This document shows positions 52,659 to 62,065 of a stretch of 64,000 nucleotides of DNA, piece after piece. The position numbers and the translations under genes were made by a program. How positions within the stretch are numbered: the stretch's first letter is position 1; each line of letters starts with the position of its first letter. A model generated the notes under the pieces. That model saw only the letters and a program-made list of their open reading frames with translations, ran no database searches and was not told the DNA's origin. The stretch is from a virus, in the IMG/VR virus record IMGVR_UViG_3300017778_004456, positions 11,996 through 75,995 of that record. The stretch is one strand, 5' to 3'.

Positions 52659-52753
52659 GGCGCTTGTTGGTATGCCCATGGTACCTGTAGGGGTATTGCC
52701 CCGGTTTTTTACGTGGCCGCACCTAGTGCATCAGTCAATTTTCTATTGATCAC

Positions 52754-53129
52754 TTAGGGATGCGAAAGGGGACCCGGCTGCTCGACAGTAGAACTGGAGC
52801 TTCGGATTTCGACTTTGGAAATTTCACCGTGGAATAGAGATCGCCGTGACGTAATCGCCGCCGAGCCCACGTAGAGCACTAGTCCCGCCAGAACTACGAC
52901 GAAGAACCAAGCGAACACATTATCCTTCTGACGATTGAACATCTTGAGTCCCCAGCCACTCACATGGAACCGTGCTGATACCCTTCTGGAGATCTCGCCA
53001 CTTCCGAGCGTCATCCAAATCCTTCTGACGAATCGTCCCCAAACCTATAACGATCGCCGCTACCAAAAAGACACACGCAACCGTCGTAAGCATCTCCCGC
53101 GCTTCCCGCTGACGCTCTCTCATGCACAC
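52754..53129 (-). other. Two small membrane proteins (52754-~52942, 52920-53129)
   Basis: Each has one hydrophobic helix (FAWFFVVVLAGLVLYVG; VACVFLVAAIVIGLG). Confidence 0.5.
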
Positions 53130-53686
53130 TCCTCATTCTCCATCCTGAACCTCAACCCTGCCGGAATCGTCCCGCTCAACTCCGGAATAGTCACGCTTCT
53201 ATATTCCTTCGTCACGAATCCCGGATACACGTCGTTGCAAACCTCGAAGATCTTCCCAACGTCTCCCCACAGACCAGCCCGATACAAAGCATCCGCTTCC
53301 CTCGCCGCGCAGCCCACGAACCACCCGATCTTCCGACCCACTTCGACGATATAAGGCATCTCGAGCCAGTTGCGACCGAACTCCTGGACGATCAGCTTAT
53401 CGCCGATTCGCGAACAGACCACTCCCTCCAGAGTCCCGTTGCTCTCTGGATGTCCCTCCACGGGAGTCTTCAGGTCGTCGTAGTGACTCTTGGGAGTCAT
53501 CTTTCGAAGATTTTTGAGAGCCCAGTCTCCCAGGCCGCAGTCTCCTCCGTAGGTGTAGATTCTTCCGCCACCCGCGTCGTAGAACTTCTGTGGACGAGCG
53601 CCGTGCTGAGCTTGATGTGTGCCAATCGTCAGGGATTGGTCGGCGTAGACCCTCCCGTCGAACCCGCTGACGAATGCCAATGTCAT
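53120..53686 (-). CDS. Possible Ntn-hydrolase (HslV/proteasome-subunit-like) protein
   Basis: N-terminal MT...DGRVYADQ, GGD and VGCAAREADAL pattern; divergent. Confidence 0.45.
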   Translation of the reverse strand: MTLAFVSGFDGRVYADQSLTIGTHQAQHGARPQKFYDAGGGRIYTYGGDCGLGDWALKNLRKMTPKSHYDDLKTPVEGHPESNGTLEGVVCSRIGDKLIVQEFGRNWLEMPYIVEVGRKIGWFVGCAAREADALYRAGLWGDVGKIFEVCNDVYPGFVTKEYRSVTIPELSGTIPAGLRFRMENEECA

Positions 53687-54111
53687 CTGGAAGTCCTCAC
53701 GCCTCTAGCTTCCCTCATCTCCAAGGAATCGTCGGAGGAGGGCTCGGTCTCTTGGTACTGGCGCAAGAAGTTCTCTCGATGGATCCTCCACTCGTCCTTT
53801 GCGGAGGTTATAGGCGTCCCTGCGACCCAGGATCCCCACTTGATCAGTGCCCGGATGCACGCCATGTCTTTCATCGATACCTCGCACGCGCCTGCTTTCA
53901 CGGCGAGTGCCCTCACTTCTAGCGATATGTCGTAGTGATCCTCTTGGAACCATTCGCGTTTGACTCCCAATTCGCGAGCAAATTGATGAAGTTCATGGTG
54001 AGAAGTGTCGCTTATCATGTGCGACATCTTCATGATGCGACCGCGGCGGCTGCGGAGCTGTCCGAGGCTGTAGCGATACATGTCATCTATCAGGATCATG
54101 GCGCTTCCCAA
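53683..54111 (-). CDS. DUF4031 protein
   Basis: MSHMISDT..ELHQFARELGVKREWFQ..HYDI...RALAVKAGA. Confidence 0.8.
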   Translation of the reverse strand: MGSAMILIDDMYRYSLGQLRSRRGRIMKMSHMISDTSHHELHQFARELGVKREWFQEDHYDISLEVRALAVKAGACEVSMKDMACIRALIKWGSWVAGTPITSAKDEWRIHRENFLRQYQETEPSSDDSLEMREARGVRTSR

Positions 54112-54849
54112 AGACAGTGACGTTGCTGAGATTCACAGCCTGAAGAGTCTCGTAATTCTTCGGATCATACTCGTGGACGACGTCGTCAACGACGAGAAAT
54201 GCCGGAAATTCGCTCTTCAGGCGGATAAATTGGTCGTACATCACCTCTCGCTCGAGCTCCATCGTCATTGGGACGATGGTCTCGACGAGTTTATCATTGA
54301 ATCTTTGGGTGAGTTTTCGGTGAAGTTCGTGGAGTTCTGTGACGTAATAACGTCGGCCACCGTCCTTATATTCGACTCGGTAAGAGACGATTTTGGTCAC
54401 GGCAGGGCCTCCTGGGGACGATTCTAGACTAACATTTCGCCCCCAGAAGGGCTATCCTACGTCGGTGAGCTCGGCATGGGGCCGGTGACGAACTTGACGT
54501 TGATGATTCGGTCGGGGACGCCTTGCTCGATGTTCATCGAGTCGGTGACTGTCGGAGGGACGAGATCGAGGATCTTGTGGCCGATTCCGTGAGCGAGGGT
54601 GGAGAGGGCGACCGGGGTCTGAACCTCGAGAATGTCTAGGCCGTCCTCTCCGGAGATGGTGACCTGGAGCTCGTAGGTGCGGAGGCTTTCGAGAATACGG
54701 ATCGCGTCGTTGATGTAGATAGCGCTGTCCTCGAATCCCTCCATGTTGATGAGATTGCTCGTGTACTTAAGCTCTACGATCAGGTCGGGTAGAGATGTCA
54801 TCATTCTTCTCCTGTATGCTGATGGCGTCCGTTGGGAAGGGTTTTCCAC
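54083..54849 (-). other. Two hypothetical genes (54083-54400, 54457-~54804)
   Basis: Co-oriented ORFs with RBS motifs. Confidence 0.55.
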
Positions 54850-55223
54850 TTGCGGGCGCGGTTGATCTTCATCTTGTCTTCGACGGCCTTGTGGAAGTCT
54901 CCTCCGAGTTTCTCCATGACCTGCATCAGGATGATAGCAACGTCGGCCACTTCTTCGATGGCAGCTTTCCGGAGTTCTGCTTCTTCGTGATAATTCTCGG
55001 AATTTCGGAGACTGTTCAGGATCGTGCCGAGCTCACAGAACTCGTTGTTGCAGCGCATCCAGGTCGTAATCGGGCTGCTACCGCCGAACTGCTCGACGGC
55101 CCAATCGGTGATCGTCTTCTGGTTCTCGAGAGGAGCTTTGGGAGCTTCTGGATGGTCGCCAACTCGAGGCCAGTCCATCCTTTCGAAGTCGCGGTCGTCA
55201 TGAGTCTTTCTAGTGAAGGCCAT
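54801..55223 (-). CDS. MazG-like nucleotide pyrophosphohydrolase
   Basis: NEFCEL...EEVADV and KMKINRARKW. Confidence 0.8.
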   Translation of the reverse strand: MAFTRKTHDDRDFERMDWPRVGDHPEAPKAPLENQKTITDWAVEQFGGSSPITTWMRCNNEFCELGTILNSLRNSENYHEEAELRKAAIEEVADVAIILMQVMEKLGGDFHKAVEDKMKINRARKWKTLPNGRHQHTGEE

Positions 55224-55309
55224 TTTCTTTCCTTACATGCGGATTGTGCGTAACCAAGGAGCACCGGCCCACTATACGCGGTCCGTATACGCCGAGCAAG
55301 CGTAAGCGG

Positions 55310-55558
55310 CTATTTCAAGCCTAGCATATCCTTAATCGTAGTCAGCTTCGTAAAGCGACCGTCGTAGAACTCGGATTTCGGGCGAACCCAGACAGTTCCG
55401 GAGTCAGACTCGTAGATGACGACTTCTTCGAAAGTTTTCTCGAGAAGAGCGGTCCGAATGAGTCGGTATTTGCCGCCAGTCTTATTGTGAATGTGCGTCG
55501 GCTCCCAGAACGACCATCGTAGGAACTTCTGGAATCCTGAGAGCCAACGCATCATCAT
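55310..55558 (-). CDS. DUF1653 protein
   Basis: HNKTGGKY...VVIYE...WVRPKSEFYDGRF. Confidence 0.75.
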   Translation of the reverse strand: MMMRWLSGFQKFLRWSFWEPTHIHNKTGGKYRLIRTALLEKTFEEVVIYESDSGTVWVRPKSEFYDGRFTKLTTIKDMLGLK

Positions 55559-55733
55559 CGTCTTAGACCTTCGGTTGGGGTTTCTTCCACAGCGGGAACG
55601 TTTTCACCGCTGTGACGGTTGCGGCCATCGAGTCCTGGAAAGCCTGCCAGAGACGCGTATACGGGCCGAGAACACCTTGGACGGTAACGATCATCCAAGG
55701 GTAGAGTGCTACAACGCGATCCATGAGATCACC

Positions 55734-56418
55734 TCACTTAGGACGGACGGGAAGTGTCCGGGCATCAATGTAAGGCGCAATTTTGCGAGAGGCAACGACG
55801 ACAATGGGTTGCCCCATCGTTGCGATGTCAATCTTGAGGTTCTCGTACATGTGATATACGACGTTCTGAGTCTCGGCGACCGAGAACGTCATTCGACGGA
55901 GGCCCTTGGGCATGTGAACGTTGAGGACGTCGAGGCGAGGAAGCTTGATCGCGCGATTGCCGTTCTCGTTGAAGGCTGTGTGGGCCTTGCTCATCGCAAC
56001 GTCCAGAGTCGCGCGGTTTGAGAAATAAATGATGACGTGGTTGTCGCGGAGATAGTTGGCGGCTTCCTGGAGAGGCTTGTCGGCCCAAACGAGCTCAATT
56101 GACACGATCAGATCCTTGCTGGAGTTTCATGGAGGTACGGATGTCCTCCTGAGTGGTGTCGACGTACTTGTCAACGGATACGGCGTCCAGGACTTGTAGG
56201 GCTACGACGGGATGTCCCTTGCCGTGAATCCAGAGGACGACGGTGCCGGACTTCTTGATCTCATTGATCTCTTGGTCGGACAGTTTCCAGAGGCTCTTAT
56301 GCCATCCGTCGGTGTGAATCGTGTGGAGAGTCTCGACAGAACTGCCTTGCCCCTCCCGATCCCAGTCTGCTGGTTCACCCATTTGGTGAGTCGGATTCAA
56401 GAGAGGACGGGGGACCAA
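55734..56418 (-). other. Two hypothetical genes (55734-56105, 56095-56418)
   Basis: Coupled ORFs; AGGAG RBS before TTG 56418. Confidence 0.55.
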
Positions 56419-56542
56419 GGTGTGCTCCTGTTTGCGAAGAATATAAGGTAACGCTACCGCCCCGCCCGAGCAAGTAGACAAATGTTGTGCGTCAGGCGTG
56501 CGTGCGCTAGGTATAAAGTGAACCATTCCGTACGGAGAGATC

Positions 56543-58108
56543 ATGGCTGCTCGCATCATTGTTGGATCTTCGTACGTTATCGGCGCTCGAAATCCCGAGC
56601 GACTGGACCTCAAACCTGCCAAGTGTCATCCTCAGTACGACTGGCTCTTCAGCAAGTGGAAGCGGATGCGCGACGCTGTCGAGGGCGAGGACGCTGTGAA
56701 GGGTCGCAACGAGGACTATCTGCCTCGCCGGACGGGCATGGATCACGCCGAGTATACGGCTTATCTGAGCCGAGCAGTCTGGTTCAACGCGACTCAGAAG
56801 ACGGTTAACGACCTGTTCGTGTCGGTTTTCCGTCGTGCTCCGTTCGTCACTCTGCCGAAGCGGATGCAGGGCAAGATGGAAGATGCTCGCAACTTCATCA
56901 TCGCCGAGGATGGTACGACCATCCTGGATTTGAGCAAGGCTCTGGTTCGCGAGCTGCTGACGGTGTCTCGTCGTGCTCTGTTGCTCGACATGGATCCTAC
57001 GGGTCAGACGAAGCATATTGCCGAATATTCGGCCGAGTCGATCGTCAACTGGAAGGTTGTCCGGAAGAAACTGGTCGCCGTGAGGCTTCTGGAGCCGAAA
57101 CCCAGCGCGGACTTCTATACAGACGTTACTCAGGTCACTGAGCGACGTGTCCGGATTCTGGCGCTGGACTCCAACGGTGACTATTTCCAAGCTGTCGGAA
57201 CCAAGGAGGATGACTACTCGGGCGACCCGAATCTCATTCCTCAGAACGAGCGGACCTACGTCCTAGTTCGCGGACAGAAGCTTAAGTACATCCCGATCGT
57301 GATCTTCAACGCTGCCGGAAACGGAGCTGCGGCTCATCGTCCGATGCTGGAAGACGTCGCAAACATGAACTTCGCCCACTATCGCTCGTACGCGATGCTG
57401 GAGAATGCACGTCATGTCACCGCTACGCCGATCTACTTCGTCAAGGGACGCGGTATGGCGAACGAGTTTGCTGACGGCAAGGAGGGGCAGAGTGCCACTC
57501 AAAACTTCACGATGACTCCGCAGTCGATCTGGCTTCTGGAAGCTGACGACGAGGTCGGCATCGTTGAGTACGAGGGAAAAGGTCTTCAATCGCTCGAAGA
57601 AGGCATGGAAGTCAAAGAAGCTCAGATGCTGTCGCTCGGCGCGCGTCTGCTCTCCCAGCGTAAGAACTCGGCCGCACGAAGCGAGAAGTCCGAAGAGGAT
57701 CAGGCCAACTCGGAAGAGGCAACCCTGATGGATGTCGTCGAGAACGCGTCCCAGGGACTGACTCAGCTCTTCAAGTGGTGGGCGGAGTGGGAGCTGGACA
57801 ATCCTGAGGAAGTCGAGATCGTCCTGAACCGAATCTTCTATCGTCCCAAGGTCACGGCGCGCGAAATGCGGTCGCTCCAGTCTCTGTTTGAGGCTGGTCT
57901 GCTGCCTCTGCGTCCTCTGTACGAGTCACTGAAGGCTGGCGGCTTCATTCCGGAAGATCTGGAGTTCGCCACCTTCGAGAAAGCCTACAAGGAATGGAAG
58001 GCTGAGCAGGAAGCGAAAGAAGCTGCTGAAGCCGCTCGTAAGACGAAGGAGGCCGCTGCTCGTGCCAATCCGTCATCAAATGCACCGCCACCCCGACCGG
58101 CTGTATAA
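56543..58108 (+). CDS. Portal protein (DUF4055-like)
   Basis: HPQY...W...RDAVEGEDAVK...YLPR...YLSRAVWFNAT, NFAHYRSYA and LGARLL; 521 aa; upstream of the scaffold. Confidence 0.85.
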   Translation: MAARIIVGSSYVIGARNPERLDLKPAKCHPQYDWLFSKWKRMRDAVEGEDAVKGRNEDYLPRRTGMDHAEYTAYLSRAVWFNATQKTVNDLFVSVFRRAPFVTLPKRMQGKMEDARNFIIAEDGTTILDLSKALVRELLTVSRRALLLDMDPTGQTKHIAEYSAESIVNWKVVRKKLVAVRLLEPKPSADFYTDVTQVTERRVRILALDSNGDYFQAVGTKEDDYSGDPNLIPQNERTYVLVRGQKLKYIPIVIFNAAGNGAAAHRPMLEDVANMNFAHYRSYAMLENARHVTATPIYFVKGRGMANEFADGKEGQSATQNFTMTPQSIWLLEADDEVGIVEYEGKGLQSLEEGMEVKEAQMLSLGARLLSQRKNSAARSEKSEEDQANSEEATLMDVVENASQGLTQLFKWWAEWELDNPEEVEIVLNRIFYRPKVTAREMRSLQSLFEAGLLPLRPLYESLKAGGFIPEDLEFATFEKAYKEWKAEQEAKEAAEAARKTKEAAARANPSSNAPPPRPAV

Positions 58109-58388
58109 TCCAGCTTCGGACGACCATCTGGATGAGCTTTCAGAAGGTCTGGCGTGGGGTGAGTACGTCCTTCTAGTCGACAAAGACGGCGAGTATCATT
58201 GGGCTTGCATCTGGGTTCCTGGTACGCCCACGGTGCAGGTTATACCGCTCCACCCACACCAGAGCTACCGTAACGGAGCAAGCTGGCATCTAGCTAGCGC
58301 CTACCCGCTAACTCTACAACCGAGCATTAACTGGGTTGGTGTCTGGCACGGATGGATCACTGAAGGACAGGCGTGGAGCTCAGAATGA
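58062..58388 (+). CDS. DUF6527-like protein
   Basis: W...PLTLQPSI....WHGWITEG. Confidence 0.6.
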   Translation: MPIRHQMHRHPDRLYNPASDDHLDELSEGLAWGEYVLLVDKDGEYHWACIWVPGTPTVQVIPLHPHQSYRNGASWHLASAYPLTLQPSINWVGVWHGWITEGQAWSSE

Positions 58389-58717
58389 GAAAAGTTGACG
58401 CCGAGAAGGTCTTCAAGATCATCGATCACGATGGTGAGTACTATGGACATCTGTTCAACTGTCCCGCATGCGGATTTGAGCACATGATCCCGATCCATCC
58501 GGATACGTGGTGCTACAACGGCTGTCTGAAAAAGCCGTCGCTGTCGCCGTCCTTCTTGGTGGAGGGAGTTCTGGGACCGTTCTCAGACCCGCCGGATCCG
58601 ACACCTTACCGCTGCCATTCCTTCATCATCCAGGGCAGGATTCAGTTCCTGGACGACTGCACTCACAGTCTCCGGGGATGGCACGATCTCCCTCCGTACG
58701 TCAAGGTGATAGATTAA
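58385..58717 (+). CDS. DUF6527-like metal-binding protein
   Basis: CPACGFEH...WCYNG...PSLSPS...RCHSFI..GRIQFLDDCTH. Confidence 0.7.
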   Translation: MRKVDAEKVFKIIDHDGEYYGHLFNCPACGFEHMIPIHPDTWCYNGCLKKPSLSPSFLVEGVLGPFSDPPDPTPYRCHSFIIQGRIQFLDDCTHSLRGWHDLPPYVKVID

Positions 58718-58803
58718 GGCTCGGGCTTGCCTTGGATAAAAGCTCGCGTTAGATTAGGCTATCGCCACGGGTAGTCCGGTGGGCCAACCGAAAGGAAATA
58801 CGA

Positions 58804-59616
58804 ATGCCAGTTATCACGTACGACACGAAGGAAGCTGTTCCTGAACCGATCCGGGACATCATTGTCGAGAAAGACGGAAAGTTCACCGTCGATGTCTCGC
58901 CGACCGCCAAGCTCAGCGAGTTCCGGAACAACAACATCGCCCTGAACCAGCGAGTCGAGAAAATCGACGCTCGCATCAAGGAGATTGGTGAGCCGCTCGG
59001 AATTCGGAGCGTCGCCGACATCGAGAAGGATGAAACCTTCACGACGGTCAAGAAGACCGTTGGCGAGATGGTTGAACTGAATCGCTCCTACAAGGGCAAG
59101 AAGATGGTCGACGAGTCCGGCCTCGAAGCGGCGATCGAAACCCGCACGAAGGAGATGAAGCAGGGCTACGAGAATCAGTTCTCGGAACTCAACAAGAAAC
59201 TCCAGGAGAAGGACGGTCTGATCTCGCAGAAGGACGAGCGCATCAACTCGCAAACTCGTCGCAGCGAACTCCGTTCGGCATTCGATCAATCCGAGGCTGG
59301 TTTCCGGACCGAAGCTTTCGATGACGTCGAGGCCCGCGCTTCCGGCACCTGGAAGGTAAAGGACGGCAAACTGATGGCACTCAACGCGGATGGCTCAACC
59401 ATCTATGGGGAGAATGCCGAGCCGATCACGATGAAGGAATGGCTGAAGAAACTCGCGACGACGGCGCCCCACTTCCTCAAGTCGTCTTCGGGCGGCGGAG
59501 CCGGTGGCGATGGCGGCGGAAACAACGGCTTCTCGCAGAACGACATCGACAAGATGACGTTCGCTGAGTACGAAGCTGCTGTCAAATCCGGCAAGATCAA
59601 GATGAAGGGCCGCTGA
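58804..59616 (+). CDS. Capsid scaffolding protein
   Basis: EFRNNNI motif, coiled coil and APHFLKSSSGGGAGG C-terminus; downstream of the portal. Confidence 0.75.
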   Translation: MPVITYDTKEAVPEPIRDIIVEKDGKFTVDVSPTAKLSEFRNNNIALNQRVEKIDARIKEIGEPLGIRSVADIEKDETFTTVKKTVGEMVELNRSYKGKKMVDESGLEAAIETRTKEMKQGYENQFSELNKKLQEKDGLISQKDERINSQTRRSELRSAFDQSEAGFRTEAFDDVEARASGTWKVKDGKLMALNADGSTIYGENAEPITMKEWLKKLATTAPHFLKSSSGGGAGGDGGGNNGFSQNDIDKMTFAEYEAAVKSGKIKMKGR

Positions 59617-59794
59617 TCATAAAGATTCGGCTGGGTCTGGTTCTCAAGATACTCCGCGCCTCCGGTGCGGCAAATCACGGAACGGCCCAGCCGGATACTT
59701 ACTCCTAAGCGCCACTGATCACCTATAGAATCTAGTTGTCTTTCCACTCATCCTGTGTAATTACTGTGGATAGAGTTTTAATTCAGGTGTCATC

Positions 59795-60175
59795 ATGCCC
59801 TCAATTGCAGACTATATCTTGAACCTAGCGCTCACCGAGTTCGACACCGCGACTACGACCCTTTGGCTGTGTAACGCCCAGCCGACTACGTACGTTGAGG
59901 CCTCGTCAGCCCCCGCGACCGGGTTCGCTCTCGGTAGCAAGACCGGTCTGGATATCGGTGCTACGGCAGCGGGATCGCCCAATGGTCGTCAGGTCACGAT
60001 TGCATCCTTCAACAACGGTTCGGTCTCGGCTAGCGGAACCGCTACTCACTGGGCAATCACCAAGGACAACACTACTCTAATGGCGACGGGATCTTTGGCC
60101 GCTTCTCAGGCCGTAGTTTCCGGAAACTCCTTCACACTTCCGGCCTTCGTCATCCGAATTGCTGCGCCGACCTAA
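59795..60175 (+). CDS. Small virion structural protein
   Basis: Ala/Thr/Ser/Gly-rich beta protein with GTATHWA...GNSFTLPAFVI. Confidence 0.65.
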   Translation: MPSIADYILNLALTEFDTATTTLWLCNAQPTTYVEASSAPATGFALGSKTGLDIGATAAGSPNGRQVTIASFNNGSVSASGTATHWAITKDNTTLMATGSLAASQAVVSGNSFTLPAFVIRIAAPT

Positions 60176-60198
60176 CACCTGAACGGTGGGATTGAACA

Positions 60199-60618
60199 AT
60201 GGCACTTCAACTCGGCCTCACTACCCGTAACGCGATGCTAGACGCGATCGAGGCGGATCTGCTCGTTGGCGGAACTGCCCCGATTATGAGAATCAGAGTT
60301 GGTGCTCCTCCTGCAAGCTGCGGCGATGTAGACGGAGCGGGAACTCTGCTCTCTACGATTGCGCTTCCGGCTGACCCTTTTCAAAACGCTTCTGCTGGAT
60401 CTAAAGCTAAATCGGTGGCAGCGTGGCAAGATGTCGCCGATGGAACCGGACTTGCGGGTCATTTTCGAATCTATCGAACCGATCAGACGACCTGCATCGC
60501 TCAAGGCACAATCACGGCGACCGGAGGCGGAGGAGACATGACCGTTGACAACCCGAACTTTGTCGCCAGTCAGACTTTTACCGTTACCGCCTTCACAATC
60601 AACGCCGCCAACGGCTAA
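60199..60618 (+). CDS. Small virion structural protein, related to 59795-60175
   Basis: RNAMLDAI...GLAGHFRI...QTFTVTAFTI. Confidence 0.65.
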   Translation: MALQLGLTTRNAMLDAIEADLLVGGTAPIMRIRVGAPPASCGDVDGAGTLLSTIALPADPFQNASAGSKAKSVAAWQDVADGTGLAGHFRIYRTDQTTCIAQGTITATGGGGDMTVDNPNFVASQTFTVTAFTINAANG

Positions 60619-60638
60619 TCGGATACCGGAGAATTTCC

Positions 60639-60833
60639 GTGGAACATGACTTTGTCGTCGACAGTGTTGAGACGCATCAGGTCATCTTCAAATGCTCGGT
60701 GTGTCTGCGGACTAACGGGCTAGTCAAACCTGACTACGGAACTCCGTGCGCTACACCGGATGGATCAGGTGGCTGGCTTCCCTGGGAAGGACTACAAAAA
60801 CACTGGGGTCCATGTGAGGGTGCGCCGTCGTGA
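60639..60833 (+). CDS. Small Cys-containing hypothetical protein
   Basis: GGAG RBS; coupled to the next gene. Confidence 0.5.
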   Translation: MEHDFVVDSVETHQVIFKCSVCLRTNGLVKPDYGTPCATPDGSGGWLPWEGLQKHWGPCEGAPS

Positions 60834-62047
60834 CAAATTCTGAGCAGTGGAATCCAACCAAGCGCCGCAAGACGATCCCTCGTGCTCGGATCGAACGCTG
60901 GCTTGGTAAGGAGAAGGCTGATCGCCTCTCCAACCACATGGTTGGACCGACCAAGGTTGATCGTTGGTACGGACCGCCTATCAACGTGCGCGATCTTCCG
61001 GGCTCCGTCTGGATTGATGGCAACGGCGAATATGTTGGCGACTTTCAGCACGGACAGTACTTCAGTGCTGACGATGCTTTTGAGCTTGCACTCCGAAAAG
61101 TGCGAGGCTTCCGTCGGATATGGGACCGAGCCCTGGGACAAGACTCTCTGCCGCTCTACGCAGGGGCAGGCTTCGCCTCACTTAGCGATGCTCTCGCTCG
61201 GGCAAGCGCCGGCTCGCGTCAATATCTAGGCGGCGGTCCTATTGCCAAGACCGGTCCGACCGGCGTTGTCAACGGTGCCAGCTCTCTTTGGCGAGTGGGT
61301 CCTCAACCTGTCGCTGGAACCGTCGGTGGCGCGCTTCCAGGTGGACTTGCCCCGACGAAGGCCACGACCGGCGCGATGCCGTTCAACAATCCGGCTACTG
61401 GCACGACTCACCTGATCGGCGCAGACATGTCGTGCTCAGTCATCAACAATGCGGTGATGATCTATGACCGCACCTTCCAGGTCGCCAAGACTATCAACCA
61501 GACCGCTAACACGAGCGAGAGCGTGACGGGCGTACCGACTCGTTATCATTCAAACGTGATAACGGACCCCGATTATGCGGGTGGCAATTTCCTGACCATG
61601 CAGGTGACAGGAACCGCCTACGCCAACACCGTTCACAATTGGGCGAACTGCACTTACCGAAATCAATCTGGCACAGACGGAGTAGTTCTGCCGACACTTG
61701 CTGGAAACCCCGGTAGCGTGGCGACTATCGTAGATCGTTTCGACATGCCGTTGAACACATGGTTTGCCCCGCTCGCTGCGGGCGACACTGGTATCGAAGA
61801 TCTTACGACCATGCAGTGCTCTGCACAGGTCGCGACCGGGTCATTGGACTTCGTGATCGGGCACCCGATTGGCATCATGGCATTCCCGATCATCGGTATT
61901 CCGCTTCCTTATGATTGGCTGACCAACCGCGAACTCGCGCCTCGCATCTTCGACGACGCCTGCCTCGCTATGTTTGAGTTCCCGAAACCGGCAACTGCTG
62001 CGACGACCTACAACGGCATTATCTACGCAGTGAACGCGGCCCCGTAA
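60830..62047 (+). CDS. Putative structural protein
   Basis: 405 aa, Gly/Thr/Ala-rich C-terminal region, inside the structural cluster. Confidence 0.55.
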   Translation: MTNSEQWNPTKRRKTIPRARIERWLGKEKADRLSNHMVGPTKVDRWYGPPINVRDLPGSVWIDGNGEYVGDFQHGQYFSADDAFELALRKVRGFRRIWDRALGQDSLPLYAGAGFASLSDALARASAGSRQYLGGGPIAKTGPTGVVNGASSLWRVGPQPVAGTVGGALPGGLAPTKATTGAMPFNNPATGTTHLIGADMSCSVINNAVMIYDRTFQVAKTINQTANTSESVTGVPTRYHSNVITDPDYAGGNFLTMQVTGTAYANTVHNWANCTYRNQSGTDGVVLPTLAGNPGSVATIVDRFDMPLNTWFAPLAAGDTGIEDLTTMQCSAQVATGSLDFVIGHPIGIMAFPIIGIPLPYDWLTNRELAPRIFDDACLAMFEFPKPATAATTYNGIIYAVNAAP

Positions 62048-62065
62048 CCTTGAGGGGTCTGTCGG

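Noticed and set aside
51999-52722. Several alternative overlapping ORFs in the GA/TC-free stretch
   Set aside because: Lack of GA and TC removes TGA stops on both strands and inflates ORFs; only 52128-52601 has a promoter, RBS and terminator.
51811-52730. Low complexity, simple amino-acid bias or foreign DNA as the cause of the depletion
   Set aside because: All four bases are well used, non-coding flanks and codon junctions are equally clean, and the promoter matches others in this phage. An assembly chimera is unlikely but not excluded without reads.
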